From: an uncultured delta proteobacterium
GTDB taxonomy: Bacteria > Myxococcota_A > Polyangia > Fen-1088
Assembly (NCBI GenBank): GCA_963723955.1
Contig: CAVRSU010000013.1
Span: 230,893-294,892, forward strand
Direction of reading: 5' to 3'
DNA: 64,000 nt
Positions 1 to 10,519 of this stretch are shown here, in pieces. The translations under genes were made by a program, and so were the position numbers. Positions within the stretch are counted from its first letter, which is position 1; each line of letters opens with the position of its first letter. The notes under the pieces are model-generated. The model had not been told where the DNA came from, did not search any database, and saw only the letters and a list, made by a program, of their open reading frames with translations.

Positions 1-749
1 TCGCCAGCGGCGAACTTGCCGGCGTTCGCCCCCACGGTGACGGTCGCAGCTTCCTTGGCCGCGTCGGCGGTGAGCGCGTAGGCCGTGCCGTAGTCGCTGC
101 TGTAGCAAGCCTGGTCGTAGGCCGAACCGATAGCCAGCGCGGTTTGGCCGCCGGACTTGACGATGGTGGTGCCGCCCTTGGCCGCGCCTTGCGAGCCGGC
201 GCCGCGCAGGACCACGCCCTTGTTGAGTGTCACCACCGTCGAGATCGTGTACGTCCCGGCGGCCAGCTTGATGACCTGTCCCTCGGGGCAGGCCTTGATG
301 GCGGCGTTGAGATCGTCGCCTGGCTTGGGACTGGAGCACACCGTGGTTCGTACGGGCAAGCCATCGACACCGAGGGGGAGGTGAAGTTGATTGTCGGTCA
401 GAATGCCTGGATTCCATGTGGTGGTGCGAGTCGGGTCGAGAAGACCTGAAGGAACGATGTTGCAGGCACCGCCGTCGCAGCTCTGCGCACCGCCCGCCTC
501 CGGCAACATGCCACCGCCTGCGCCGCCTTGTCCGGCACCACCCGATCCAACCCGACCGCCGCTGCCGATCACGCCGCCCAAGGCCGCGCCGGCCGCGCCG
601 ATGCCACCGGCGGCCCATTCGCCTCCCGTTCCCGGCGCGCCGCCCTGGCCACCGGCGTCCGTGTCGGAGCTGCTTGATTTCGAGCACGCGCCCGCGCCAC
701 CGGAAGCCAATCCCAATCCGAACATCAGCATCGCCTTGGCCATTCGCAT
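1..749 (-). CDS. secreted lipoprotein with right-handed beta-helix (pectate-lyase-like) repeats; partial, 3' end lies before window start
   Basis: Reverse-strand translation from ATG at 747-749 gives MRMAKAMLMFGLGLASGGAGAC (lipoprotein-type signal) followed by GTYTISTVVTLNKGVVLRGAG-type beta-helix motifs; strong GC3 codon bias; no ORF-track entry because the gene runs off the window. Confidence 0.5.
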   Translation of the reverse strand, partial: MRMAKAMLMFGLGLASGGAGACSKSSSSDTDAGGQGGAPGTGGEWAAGGIGAAGAALGGVIGSGGRVGSGGAGQGGAGGGMLPEAGGAQSCDGGACNIVPSGLLDPTRTTTWNPGILTDNQLHLPLGVDGLPVRTTVCSSPKPGDDLNAAIKACPEGQVIKLAAGTYTISTVVTLNKGVVLRGAGSQGAAKGGTTIVKSGGQTALAIGSAYDQACYSSDYGTAYALTADAAKEAATVTVGANAGKFAAG

Positions 750-801
750 GTCCAGGATGTTACCCCCAAACCTTGCCGCGATCATTCGCGGGCGGCGCTC
801 C

Positions 802-2202
802 TCAATGCAGGACGCTGTCGTGGACGGCCTTGAGCAGGGGATTGCGCTGTCCCGCCGTGGCCGATGAGAGATAGCCTTCGTTCAGCTCCCACTGGATGAC
901 GCCACCCAAGCCTTTGGCTTTGACGTAGGCGCCTTTTTCGGCGATGGACTGCTCGTCGTCGTAGGAAATGTACGTGCAGCCGTCAGGCGCGTGCGCCGTG
1001 GTGAAAGACAGGTACGGCACGCGGGCCAGGGGATCCCACTGGCGGGCGCTGGCGCTGTAGTACTCGGTCATGATGTTGGCGTAGGAGATCGTCCCGTCGC
1101 TGGCCACCAGGGTGGAACCGTTCAAGGCCTGGTCGGGTCCGGCCACGGGCGACGAGTAGCACAATCCGTAGAAGCCGATTCCTATGCCGAGCTTGGCTGC
1201 GGGAACGGATGCCGCGAGGTACAGTTTCACCGTCGAGTCGATCGACGTGGGCGTTGCAGAATCGGTCTGGTAGAGCGCGCTCGAATGCCAGCTCTTCCAA
1301 CCCTGCCACGCGCCGGCCTGGCCGTAGGACATGATGTTGAGCTGGTCGTAGGCAGCGGCGATGGCGGCGAATCCGGACAAATCGGCGCCCAGGTTGACGT
1401 TGATCTCGCCGATGGGAATGGTCAAAAGCGCGCTTGGCTTGGCCCTGCGGATACGAGTGGCGATGTCGACGACCGCGGGCTCGTCCACTTTGTCCATGGG
1501 CTCCCAATCGATGTCGATGCCGTCGTACCCGGTGGTCGTCAGCAGCGCAATCAGGTTGGCGGCGAACGTGGCGACGGTTGCGCTGGCAGTCGCCTGCTTG
1601 AAGCTCGTCTGCGAATCGGAGCCGCCGATGGAGGCGATGGCCTTCACGCCGCTCGCGTGGGCCGCCGCGATGAGATCGGTGGCCAGCTTGGCATTGCCAC
1701 CGGCCAAAGTCATCGAACCGTCCTGGCTCGGCAGGTAGAACGCCATTGCGATGTGGGTCAGCCCCGACCATTCGATCTCTGAGATTGGATATTGGTCGGG
1801 CGCCCAGCTCGCGTAGTAGCCCATGGACCAGGCGCCCGTTGCCGAGCCGCCGTCGACGCTGCCGTCCGTGCTGGCATCGACTCTGCCGCCGGTGTCTCCG
1901 GAAGAGCCCGTCGCGCCACCGTTCGCGCCGGTCGTTCCCCCGGATGCCGGCGCTTGCGACCCGCCGGAGGCCAGGGCTCCGCCAGCCCCAGTCGTGCCAC
2001 CGAGAGCGGCATCGACTCCGGTGGTGGCCCCCCCTGAGCCAATCACGCCTCCTCCAGCCGTCGTGCCGCCGTTGGTGGAGGCGCCCCCAGTGGAGGGTGC
2101 GCCTCCCGCGCCGGTCTTGCCACCACCGCTGTCTCCGCATCCGATACTCATGCCGATGAGGGCAACGAGCAACACCGCACCGAGGGGCCTCGTCTTCTCC
2201 AT
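802..2202 (-). CDS. glycoside hydrolase family 18 (chitinase-like) lipoprotein
   Basis: ORF 802..2217; GH18 catalytic motif DGIDIDWE; signal/lipobox LLVALIGMSIGCG; Gly/Thr/Ser-rich linker; first ATG at 2202 (TTG at 2217). Confidence 0.8.
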   Translation of the reverse strand: MEKTRPLGAVLLVALIGMSIGCGDSGGGKTGAGGAPSTGGASTNGGTTAGGGVIGSGGATTGVDAALGGTTGAGGALASGGSQAPASGGTTGANGGATGSSGDTGGRVDASTDGSVDGGSATGAWSMGYYASWAPDQYPISEIEWSGLTHIAMAFYLPSQDGSMTLAGGNAKLATDLIAAAHASGVKAIASIGGSDSQTSFKQATASATVATFAANLIALLTTTGYDGIDIDWEPMDKVDEPAVVDIATRIRRAKPSALLTIPIGEINVNLGADLSGFAAIAAAYDQLNIMSYGQAGAWQGWKSWHSSALYQTDSATPTSIDSTVKLYLAASVPAAKLGIGIGFYGLCYSSPVAGPDQALNGSTLVASDGTISYANIMTEYYSASARQWDPLARVPYLSFTTAHAPDGCTYISYDDEQSIAEKGAYVKAKGLGGVIQWELNEGYLSSATAGQRNPLLKAVHDSVLH

Positions 2203-2253
2203 GTTTTTCTTCAACAAGTCGATGGGCTCCCTCGATCGGTGGTCCGTTCCCGG

Positions 2254-2985
2254 TTAGTTGCAGGTGGCCGAGAGGAGTACGGCCGCGGAAATTCCCGTCC
2301 AACGGGTATCCACGTTGGCGTCTTTCATCGATGACAATGACAACTGGCCCGACACCCCCAATCCCCAGTCGGGGCTCACCCACCATTCCTTGCCAAAGGT
2401 CAGGCCGAGGCCGAAGCCAAAGTTGGTACCGTCCACAGAGTTGCTGCTGTTGCTGTCGCTGTAGGAGATCTTGGACAAGAGCAGGGTCCCAGAGAGGTAC
2501 ATGTTCCCATCGAGGTAGTAGGCGATGCCAGGACCTAGACTAGCGAGGGTTTCAGTGATGCCACTCGCGTTGCCGCTCGTCGTTCCGTTATCGAAGTGTG
2601 GATCGGAGACCATTGTCGCCGAGAACTCGCCGTACAGGACAAGGTTGGGGGCCACGACGCCCCCAACGGCCACGCCCATGGTGAATCCAACCCCGGTCTC
2701 GGTTTCGGTAACACCGTTGTAGCTGGCTGAGTTGTGCAGGTAGCCTGGGCCGGCGAGGAGCCGTACGTACAGGCCGTCGTGCTCGTGGTAGCCGGGCGCG
2801 GGCGGCGGCGCCGCGTAGGCCTGCGGTGGATAGGCCTGAGGCGGATAGGGCTGAGGCGGATAGGGCTGAGGCTGCGGGGCATAGTAGCCGGGCGGTGGCG
2901 CCTCTTGCGCCATCGAAGTGGCAGACCCAAGGGACAAGAGAACCGCGGCTGTGACGAAGGACGAGCTCAGAATCTTGTAGGGCAT
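2254..2985 (-). CDS. outer-membrane beta-barrel-like protein with N-terminal proline-rich PQPYPPQ repeats
   Basis: ORF 2254..2985; signal peptide; tandem PQPYPPQPYPPQAYPPQAY; C-terminal alternating hydrophobic beta-strand pattern. Confidence 0.55.
   Translation of the reverse strand: MPYKILSSSFVTAAVLLSLGSATSMAQEAPPPGYYAPQPQPYPPQPYPPQAYPPQAYAAPPPAPGYHEHDGLYVRLLAGPGYLHNSASYNGVTETETGVGFTMGVAVGGVVAPNLVLYGEFSATMVSDPHFDNGTTSGNASGITETLASLGPGIAYYLDGNMYLSGTLLLSKISYSDSNSSNSVDGTNFGFGLGLTFGKEWWVSPDWGLGVSGQLSLSSMKDANVDTRWTGISAAVLLSATCN
2821..2880. repeat. about 15-bp tandem repeat (ctgaggcggataggg x3-4) encoding the PQ(A/P)YPP repeats
   Basis: direct reading of the sequence. Confidence 0.5.
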
Positions 2986-3146
2986 AAGGGACCTCCGATC
3001 GCATCATACGCCTCGACCATTTTCCTTCAAGCAAAGCGCAGACGGACCTGCGAATCGAATAGGTCACCAAGTTGTTCCGTCGAACAACTTGCGAATCGAA
3101 CTAGCCTTCTTCATCATCCTAGAGACAGCGAAAGGAGCCCCTCGCG

Positions 3147-4481
3147 ATGGCAGTTGCCCGGAAGCAGAAGATGTTCGTGCTCGACACCAACGTCATCCTT
3201 CACGACAGCAAATGCATGTATCAGTTCGAGGAGCACGACATCGTGATTCCCATCACGGTGCTAGAGGAGCTGGACGGGTTCAAGAAGGGCAACGAGTCGG
3301 TCAATTTTCACGCGCGCGAGTTCGTGCGCGCCGTCGATGGGCTGGCGCAGCAGCCGCTGTTCAGCAAGGGAGTGCAGATCGGCAAGGGGCTGGGCAACCT
3401 CATCGTCAAGGTCGGTGGTGAATATCACGAAGACCTGCGCGCGGCCTTCGAGACGCGCACCCCGGATCACGAGATCCTCAACGTCGCCTACCGGCTCTCG
3501 CGCCAGTTTCCCCGTCGGGAGATCATCCTGGTCAGCAAGGACGTCAACCTGCGCATGAAGGCCAAAGCGCTGGGGCTTATGGCGCAGGACTACCGCAACG
3601 ATCACGTCAAAGACATCGCCTCGATGTACACGGGGATTCGCCTGAAAGAGCACGTCGACGGGCCACTCGTCGATCGCATGTACACCCAGCCGTTCACCAT
3701 CAACCCGAGCGAGCTCAGCTTCGAGCAGCCGCTTCTGCCCAACGAATACCTCATCATCCGCAACGGCAAGAAGTCCGCCCTGGCCACCTACGACAGCGAC
3801 CGCGCGGTGGTGCGCCGGGTGGACAAGCTGACCGCCTACGGCATCACCTCACGCAACGCCGAGCAGGCCTTTGCCTTGAACGCGCTTACCAACCCCGAGG
3901 TCAAGCTGGTCAGCATCTCGGGCAAGGCGGGCACGGGCAAGACGCTTTTGGCACTGGCCGCGGCGCTAGAGCACAAGAAGGAATATCGCCAAATCTTCAT
4001 GGCCCGCCCCGTGGTGCCCTTGTCGAACAAGGACATCGGGTATCTGCCCGGCGACATTCAGTCCAAGCTCGATCCTTATATGCAGCCGCTCTACGACAAC
4101 CTGGGTGTCATCCAGAACCAGTGGGGAGTGACCGACGCGCGCCACAAGCGCATCCGCGAGATGCTCGACGACGAGAAGCTGGTCATCGCGCCGCTGGCCT
4201 ACATTCGCGGCCGCAGCCTGGTCAACATCTACTTCATCGTGGACGAGGCGCAGAATCTTACACCGCATGAGGTCAAGACCATCATCACCCGCGCGGGTGA
4301 CGGCACCAAGCTTGTCTTCACCGGCGATATCTTCCAAATCGACCACCCCTACCTGAACAGCCACTCGAACGGGCTTAGCTATCTCATCGACAAAATGCAG
4401 GGGCAGAGCATCTACGCCCACGTCAATCTGACCAAGGGCGAACGATCGCAGTTGGCCGAGCTGGCGAGCAACCTCCTCTAG
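3147..4481 (+). CDS. PhoH-like ATPase with N-terminal PIN domain (YlaK-type)
   Basis: ATG 3147 with AAAGGAG RBS; PIN-like [10 protein letters not shown]; Walker A GKAGTGKT; PhoH family signature. Confidence 0.9.
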   Translation: MAVARKQKMFVLDTNVILHDSKCMYQFEEHDIVIPITVLEELDGFKKGNESVNFHAREFVRAVDGLAQQPLFSKGVQIGKGLGNLIVKVGGEYHEDLRAAFETRTPDHEILNVAYRLSRQFPRREIILVSKDVNLRMKAKALGLMAQDYRNDHVKDIASMYTGIRLKEHVDGPLVDRMYTQPFTINPSELSFEQPLLPNEYLIIRNGKKSALATYDSDRAVVRRVDKLTAYGITSRNAEQAFALNALTNPEVKLVSISGKAGTGKTLLALAAALEHKKEYRQIFMARPVVPLSNKDIGYLPGDIQSKLDPYMQPLYDNLGVIQNQWGVTDARHKRIREMLDDEKLVIAPLAYIRGRSLVNIYFIVDEAQNLTPHEVKTIITRAGDGTKLVFTGDIFQIDHPYLNSHSNGLSYLIDKMQGQSIYAHVNLTKGERSQLAELASNLL

Positions 4482-4486
4482 AGTGG

Positions 4487-4545
4487 AGCCGAGCCAAAGG
4501 CTCGGCCGCAGGTGGGGTGAAGTCCGCGAATTCATTTCGCGGACG
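4487..4545 (+). terminator. two GC hairpins downstream of the PhoH-like gene (no U-tract)
   Basis: gccgagcc-aaag-gctcggc and gtccgcgaa-ttcat-ttcgcggac. Confidence 0.3.
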
Positions 4546-4690
4546 AGGTGAGGGCAGCGGCCCTCCCCCAAGAAACCTTCTTGTGCGACGGTCGCCGGCA
4601 TGACTAGACTGCCCCGCATCCTGGGTGGACTGTCTCGTGATGCCTCTGCGCGGCAAGACGCCAGGGCTTCCCAAGAGAGGAAAGATCACG

Positions 4691-6088
4691 ATGTCCGAAA
4701 AAGGTTCGACGAATTTTGCGTTTGTAATTCTCATCACGTTGGTGGCAACCATCGGGGGATTCCTCTTTGGCTACGACAGTGGCGTGATCAACGGCACCGT
4801 CAAGGGGCTCCAGTCGGCGTTCCATTCGGACTCCGTGGGCACGGGGTTCAATGTCGCGAGCTTGCTGCTCGGCTGCGCCGCGGGCGCCTTCATGGCCGGC
4901 TGGCTGGCCGACAAGCTCGGCCGCAAGACGATTCTTATCATCTCATCCCTTTGCTTCGGCGTGAGCGCCCTGGGATCAGGCTTTGCCGGGACTTCCGCCG
5001 AGTTCATTCTCTTCCGCGTGCTGGGTGGCTTGGCCGTCGGCGCCGCCAGCGTGCTGGCGCCAGCCTACATCAGCGAGGTGACCCCTGCGAAGTACCGCGG
5101 AACGCTTTCGTCCATTCAACAGATCGCGATCATCACGGGGCTGTTTGCCTCTTCGCTCAGCAACTACCTCTTGGCGCACGTGGCCGGCGATTCCACCGCG
5201 GTTCTGGCTCTGGGATTCCAGGCGTGGCGCTGGATGTTCTGGGTGATGACCGTACCGTCGGTGGCCTTCTTCTTCTCGTTGCTCTTCATTCCGGAGAGCC
5301 CCAGGTTCCTGGCCGCGAGCGGCAAGAAGGAAAAGGCGCTCAAGGTTTTGACCCGATTGATGGGAGCCGACGCGCAGGCCAAGCTCGACGAGATCGATGC
5401 CTCCTTGGTCACGGATCACCACCGCCCCAAGCTCACCGATATTCTCGACAACAAGCGAATCTTCCGCCCCATCGTGTGGGTGGGCATTGGGCTGGCCAGC
5501 TTCCAGCAGCTCGTCGGAATCAACGTCGTCTTCTACTACAGCGCCGTGGTATGGGGCGCGGCGGGTTTCCATGAGGGCCGGGCACTGCTCACCACCGTCA
5601 TCACCAACGCAGCCAGCATCGTGGCCTGCTTCATTGCCACCGCCCTGATCGATCGGGTCGGTCGGAAGCCACTTCTCATGATCGGGTCCATCGGAATGTC
5701 CGTGACCCTGGGCATACTGGCCGTGGTTTTTGGCACTGCGGACACGGTCCATGGGTCTCTCGCGCTCTCTGCCACCACCGGCCCCATCGCGCTCATCGCC
5801 ATGATCTTGTATGCCATGCTCTTCAACGTCTCGTGGGGCCCGGTCATGTGGGTCATGCTCGGCGAGATGTTCCCCAACCAGATCCGTGGTTCTGGATTGG
5901 CCGTCAGCGGCCTTTCGCAATGGCTGTCCAACTTCGCCATCACCATGACCTTTCCACTCTTGCTTACGAACATCGGTCTGGGCGGTTCCTACGGCATCTA
6001 CACCTTCTGCGCTATCATCTCGATCGTCTTCGTCCTGAAGTTCATCCACGAGACCAAGGGCAAAGAGCTCGAGGAAATGAAGGGCTGA
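4691..6088 (+). CDS. MFS sugar porter (xylose/arabinose:H+ symporter-like)
   Basis: ORF 4625..6088, start at internal ATG 4691 (MSEKGS); sugar-porter motifs GYDSGVINGT, GRK, PESPRFL; 12 TM segments; directly upstream of xylB/xylA. Confidence 0.85.
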   Translation: MSEKGSTNFAFVILITLVATIGGFLFGYDSGVINGTVKGLQSAFHSDSVGTGFNVASLLLGCAAGAFMAGWLADKLGRKTILIISSLCFGVSALGSGFAGTSAEFILFRVLGGLAVGAASVLAPAYISEVTPAKYRGTLSSIQQIAIITGLFASSLSNYLLAHVAGDSTAVLALGFQAWRWMFWVMTVPSVAFFFSLLFIPESPRFLAASGKKEKALKVLTRLMGADAQAKLDEIDASLVTDHHRPKLTDILDNKRIFRPIVWVGIGLASFQQLVGINVVFYYSAVVWGAAGFHEGRALLTTVITNAASIVACFIATALIDRVGRKPLLMIGSIGMSVTLGILAVVFGTADTVHGSLALSATTGPIALIAMILYAMLFNVSWGPVMWVMLGEMFPNQIRGSGLAVSGLSQWLSNFAITMTFPLLLTNIGLGGSYGIYTFCAIISIVFVLKFIHETKGKELEEMKG

Positions 6089-6093
6089 TCGCA

Positions 6094-7673
6094 ATGCCAC
6101 AATTCCTAGGACTGGATTCGAGCACGCAGAGTCTGTCCGCGCTGCTCATCGACACAGACACGGGCAAGGTGGTGGCCGACCGAAGCGTGAACTTCGGCGA
6201 ACGCCTGCCGCAATACAAGTCGCCCAAGGGTTTCCTTCCCAATGACGACGCGGCCATCAAGCATTCGGATCCGCTGATGTGGGTCGAGGCGCTGGAATTG
6301 GTCCTGCAAGACCTGCGCAGCGCCGGGGTGGATTTGAGCCGTGTTCGCGGCATCAGTGGGGCGGGGCAGCAGCACGGCTCGGTGTATTTGTCGAAGTCGC
6401 TGGACCAAGTCGGCGACTGGTCGGCGGCAGCACCGCTTTGCGAGCAAGTTCGGCCGCTGCTCTCGCGTGCGACCTCGCCCATCTGGATGGACAGCTCGAC
6501 CAGCGCCGAATGCGCCGAGATCGCACGCGCCGTGGGCGGCGACGAGCGCGTAGCCACCATCACGGGCTCGCGCGCCACCCTGCGCTTCACCGGTCCGCAG
6601 ATCCGTCGCTTCTACAAGACCTGTCCGGCCGAGTGGCAGCGCACGGCGGAGATCCACCTGGTGAGCTCCTTCATTCCATCGTTGCTGGTCGGTAAGAGCG
6701 TCAGCATCGATCTGGGCGATGGCGCGGGCATGAACCTTCTCGACCTCGCCAAGGCGGACTGGAGCGATGCCCTTCTCGACGCCACCGCGCCGAGCCTGCG
6801 GCAAAAGCTCAAGCCGCCCGTGGCCAGCACGACCGTGGTCGGCGAGATCGCGGGCTACTTCGTGAAGAAGTACGGCTTCGCCCCCGGCACCAAGGTCATC
6901 GCCTTCACCGGCGACAACCCCAGCAGCCTCATCGGCATGGGCGCCAGCAAGCCCGGCACCGCCGTCATCAGCCTGGGTACAAGCGACACCGTGTTCACGG
7001 CCATGGCCAGCAAGCGCACCGATCCGCGCGGCTACGGCAACGTGTTCGGCAACCCGGCAGGCGGCTTCATGTCCCTGGCCTGCTTCTCCAACGGCTCGCT
7101 GGCGCGCGAGGAGATCACTCGTCGCTTCGGCCTGTCTTGGGACGCGTTCGCGTCTGCCATCGTCGACAAGACCAAGCCGGGCAATGACGGCAACATGCTG
7201 TTGCCCTACTTCGTTCCCGAGATCACGCCACGCGTGCTCAAGGCCTCGCCACGCTGGTTCGGCAGCGAGGCGTTCGTTGCGGGCAAGGACAGTGCGGCAG
7301 CGGCGCGCGCCGTGGTGGAGGCTCAGGCGCTGAGCATGCGCCTGCACTCGCGACTGGATTGGCGAGGCCATGACCACGGTGCTGGTGACCGGTGGCGCGT
7401 CGCAAGAATCGCGGCCTTCTGCGCGTGCTTGCCGACGTGTTCCAGGCCACCATCATGCCGCTATCCGTCTCCAACTCGTCCGCTCTGGGCGGCGCCTTGC
7501 GTGCCGCGCAGGGCGTGGACGGCAGCGCGTGGCAGAATCTGTACGCGCAATTCTCCCCGCCCGACCGCGACCTAGCCGTCGAGCCCAACCCGAACGCGCG
7601 CCCCATCTACCAGCAGCTTGGAGCCACATTCGAGAAGCACATTCAGGAAGTTTTGTCCGAAGCGTCCATCTAG
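6094..7673 (+). pseudogene. xylB: xylulokinase (FGGY kinase) interrupted by two +1 frameshifts at about 7350 and 7403; possibly sequencing error
   Basis: MPQFLGLDSSTQS N-terminus; [19 protein letters not shown]-type motif is split over three frames (ORFs 5833..7575, 7370.., 7392..7673). Confidence 0.8.
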
Positions 7674-7690
7674 ATCTAGAAAGGGATCCC

Positions 7691-9011
7691 ATGTCACAGC
7701 CCATTTTTTCCGGAATTGAACCCATCCAATACCAAGGCCCGGATTCCCAGAATCCGCTTGGTTTCCGTTTCTACGACAAGAATCGCGTCGTGCGCGGCAA
7801 GCGCATGGACGAGCAGTTGCGCGTCGCTGTCTGCTACTGGCACACCTTCTGCGGCACCGGCGGCGATCCGTTCGGCGATGGAACGTTCGGTCGTCCGTGG
7901 CACGGCGACGGCGACAAGCTGGAGCTGGCCAAACAGAAGGCCGCCGCGGCTTTCGAGTTTTTCCAGAAGCTGGGCAATCCCTACTACTGCTTCCACGACC
8001 GGGACGTGGTGGCCGAGGGCAAGTCGCTGGCCGAGAGCAACGACCTGCTCGACCGCATGGTCGACGTGCTCGCCGCCCACCAGCAGCGCACGGGCGTGAA
8101 GCTCCTGTGGGGCACGGCCAATATGTTCTCCAATCCGCGCTTCATGTCCGGCGCGTCCACCAACCCCGATCCCGAGGTGTTCGCCTACGCCGCCGCGCAG
8201 GTGAAGAAGGCCCTCGACGTTACCCAGAAGCTGGGCGGCGAGAACTACGTCCTGTGGGGCGGCCGCGAGGGCTACGAGACCCTGCATCAACACCGACATG
8301 AAGCGCGAGCTCGACCAGATGGGCCGCTTCATGAACTTGGTGTGCGAGTACAAGCACAAGATCGGCTTCAAGGGACCCCTGCTCATCGAGCCCAAGCCGC
8401 GCGAGCCGTCCAAGCACCAGTACGACTACGATTCCGCCGCCGTGTACGCGTTCTTCCAGAACTACGGGCTCAGCAAAGATGACTTCAAGCTCAACATCGA
8501 GAACAACCACGCCACCCTGGCCGGCCACACCTTCGAGCACGAAGTCGCGTACGCCGTGGCCAACGGGCTGTTCGGCAGCATCGACATGAACCGCGGCGAC
8601 CTGCTCCTCGGCTGGGACACCGACCAGTTCCCGAACGACGCGGGCGAGATGGCCCTGGTCCTTCGCCACATCGTGGCGGCCGGCGGCTTCAAGACCGGCG
8701 GATTCAACTTCGACGCCAAGGTGCGCCGTCAGAGCATCGACCTGGCCGACCTCTTCCACGCCCACATCGGCGGCATGGATGTCCTCGCCCGCGCCCTTCT
8801 GATCGCGGACAAGATGATCGAGGACGGCAAGGTCCAGGGCGCCATCGACGCCCGCTACAAGGGCTGGAACGCTGGTCTCGGCAAGGAGATCATGGATCGC
8901 AAGCTCGACCTCGCTCAGATCTCCGACCGCGTGCTCAAGCAGAACATCGATCCCAAGCCGCGCTCGGGCCAGCAGGAAATGCTCGAGAACCAGGTGAACC
9001 GGTACGTCTAA
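7691..9011 (+). pseudogene. xylA: xylose isomerase interrupted by one +1 frameshift near 8285; possibly sequencing error
   Basis: [16 protein letters not shown]...FHDRD...[10 protein letters not shown] in frame 2 continues as MKRELDQ...[13 protein letters not shown]...[12 protein letters not shown] in frame 0 (ORF 8298..9011). Confidence 0.85.
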
Positions 9012-9102
9012 TTGTAATGGAAACCCTGGGAGGGTTTCCAAACCTTCCCGCGACGCTTCGCTGCCGGCAAAGCCGGCAGGCTCTGCACGCGATCGCTAGA
9101 TT

Positions 9103-9152
9103 GTCCCAATCGCCCCGCGGTGGCCGTTGAGCTACCGCGGGGTTTCTGTTTG
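9103..9152 (+). repeat. about 50-bp element, copy A (about 84% identical to copy B at 10552-10601)
   Basis: gtcccaatcgccccgcggtggccgttgagctaccgcggggtttctgtttg vs gtcccaaccgccccgcggtggctgacgagcccccgcggaggttctgtttg. Confidence 0.55.
9113..9152 (+). terminator. rho-independent-type terminator downstream of xylA (third of three hairpins)
   Basis: CCCCGCGG-14 nt loop-CCGCGGGG followed by TTTCTGTTTG; earlier hairpins at 9019-9039 and 9061-9080. Confidence 0.45.
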
Positions 9153-9337
9153 TCGCTCCTGACATCTTCCTGCCTGGTGTGCGGAAAAGACCATGAGCCC
9201 TTGATGGGGGGCGTTTCGCCCCTCCGGGCATTTCGCCCCGGATCCGCAGCCCATTTTTCCGGAGCAGGTCATGCCGCCGCGTTTGGCCCGACGGTTGCTT
9301 ATTCCCAGGCCGAGACGAAACCACCTGGGAGGACACC

Positions 9338-9940
9338 ATGAAAAAGCGTCGAATGCTGTTCAGCACGTGCTTGTCGGTCGCCATCGCCGCGATCTCGGTC
9401 AGCGCGCGGGCGACCACGACCTCCGTGACGGTGCTGCCCAGCCACCTCAGCATCGGGGATCAGCAGTTCGACGCCAGCTTGGCGGGCCTCCGGGCGTACC
9501 TCGAAACGACGAAGGTAAGTGATGCGCGCCTCTACGCGCAGCTTGCGCCCGACCTCGATCGCCTTGAATCGAGGGCCGAGACCGCACGGATGGTCTTGGT
9601 AGCGGGGCTGGTCGGGGGCGTGGCGTCGGGGCTCTACGCCTTCGCCGGCCAGAAGGGCTGCCCGGAGCCAGCCGTCACCGATCCGGATTTCGCGGCCAAG
9701 AGTGCGGCGTGGGGCGCATGCAACCAGGACAACATACGAAGGATCGCGACGTTCACGTTCATCGGCCTAGGCTCGCTCGTCGCAGGCGCCGTCGGTGCCT
9801 GGGCAATCTATCCCGGACGCGCAGACCTTCTAGACCTGGTGAACAAGCACAATCGCCTACACCAAGAGCCGCTGCGCCTCGATCTCGGCTTCGATCCCAC
9901 TCGGGGCTTCGCGTACGGAGGGGCCACAGTCGCTTTCTGA
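9338..9940 (+). CDS. hypothetical secreted/membrane protein
   Basis: ATG 9338 with GGGAGG RBS; signal peptide MKKRRMLFSTCLSVAIAAISVSARA; internal hydrophobic segments. Confidence 0.5.
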   Translation: MKKRRMLFSTCLSVAIAAISVSARATTTSVTVLPSHLSIGDQQFDASLAGLRAYLETTKVSDARLYAQLAPDLDRLESRAETARMVLVAGLVGGVASGLYAFAGQKGCPEPAVTDPDFAAKSAAWGACNQDNIRRIATFTFIGLGSLVAGAVGAWAIYPGRADLLDLVNKHNRLHQEPLRLDLGFDPTRGFAYGGATVAF

Positions 9941-10016
9941 TGCGATTGTCTGCTTCCCGGCAGGAGTCTCTCGGCCTGATTCTGGGAAGAGCTGGGAAGC
10001 ACAAGAGTTGTGCTCT

Positions 10017-10283
10017 CTATTCGTAGTGGGTCCAAAGCCGGAGAACCTTCACCACTCGCTCGCGCTTGAGGACCTGATAGACGATCCGGTGCTGGATGTT
10101 GCTGCGACGAGAACAGGCTCCATCCAGATCGCCAACGAGTTTTTCAAAAGGCGGCGGACTCCGAAAGGGATCTTCGGCCAGCAAGGCCAGCAAGTTCTCT
10201 ACCTTTGGTCGCAAACCGGCAGCGGCTAGCTTCTTGGCATCCTTCTGGGCCTGCTTCGCGAAAACCTGTGACCAGCTCACCAT
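10017..10283 (-). CDS. yoeB: type II toxin YoeB/Txe family (mRNA interferase)
   Basis: 88 aa; C-terminal RIVYQV...VKVLRLWTHYE matches YoeB; start overlaps yefM stop (ATGGTGA). Confidence 0.85.
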   Translation of the reverse strand: MVSWSQVFAKQAQKDAKKLAAAGLRPKVENLLALLAEDPFRSPPPFEKLVGDLDGACSRRSNIQHRIVYQVLKRERVVKVLRLWTHYE

Positions 10284-10519
10284 CTGAGCGTCTTGCTGGT
10301 CTTCGAGAGTGGCGTCGTGAGACCTTCCCGGATGGATTCGCGCATGCCGGGAATCGACAATAGGTACAAGGTCTCCTGCATAGCGCGCCAGTCCTCTTCA
10401 CCGACAAGCACGGCGCTGTGATGGCGGCCATTGATCTGGATGGGTTCGTGTGACTCAGCCGTCTGTTCCATCAACTTCAACAGATTGGCTCGCGCTCGGC
10501 TTGCGCTCAGTGACGTCAT
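10277..10519 (-). CDS. yefM: type II antitoxin YefM/Phd family
   Basis: 80 aa MTSLSASRARANLLKLMEQ...GEEDWRAMQETLYLLSIPGMRESI; AGGGAG RBS 6 nt upstream of ATG 10519. Confidence 0.85.
   Translation of the reverse strand: MTSLSASRARANLLKLMEQTAESHEPIQINGRHHSAVLVGEEDWRAMQETLYLLSIPGMRESIREGLTTPLSKTSKTLRW

Noticed and set aside
144-874. Plus-strand ORFs at 144..449, 157..384, 391..867 and 416..874
   Set aside because: They overlap the minus-strand partial lipoprotein gene (1..749), which has the proper signal peptide and codon bias, and they are low-complexity Pro/Arg-rich.
983-2386. Long ORFs antisense to or overlapping real genes (e.g. 983..2386, 4976..6100, 6106..7377, 19589..20485, 19693..21153, 20975..22849, 52176..53012, 54514..57279)
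   Set aside because: They lie opposite genes with strong homology, lack coding GC3 bias, and are Arg/Gly/Pro-rich, which is typical of spurious ORFs in high-GC DNA.
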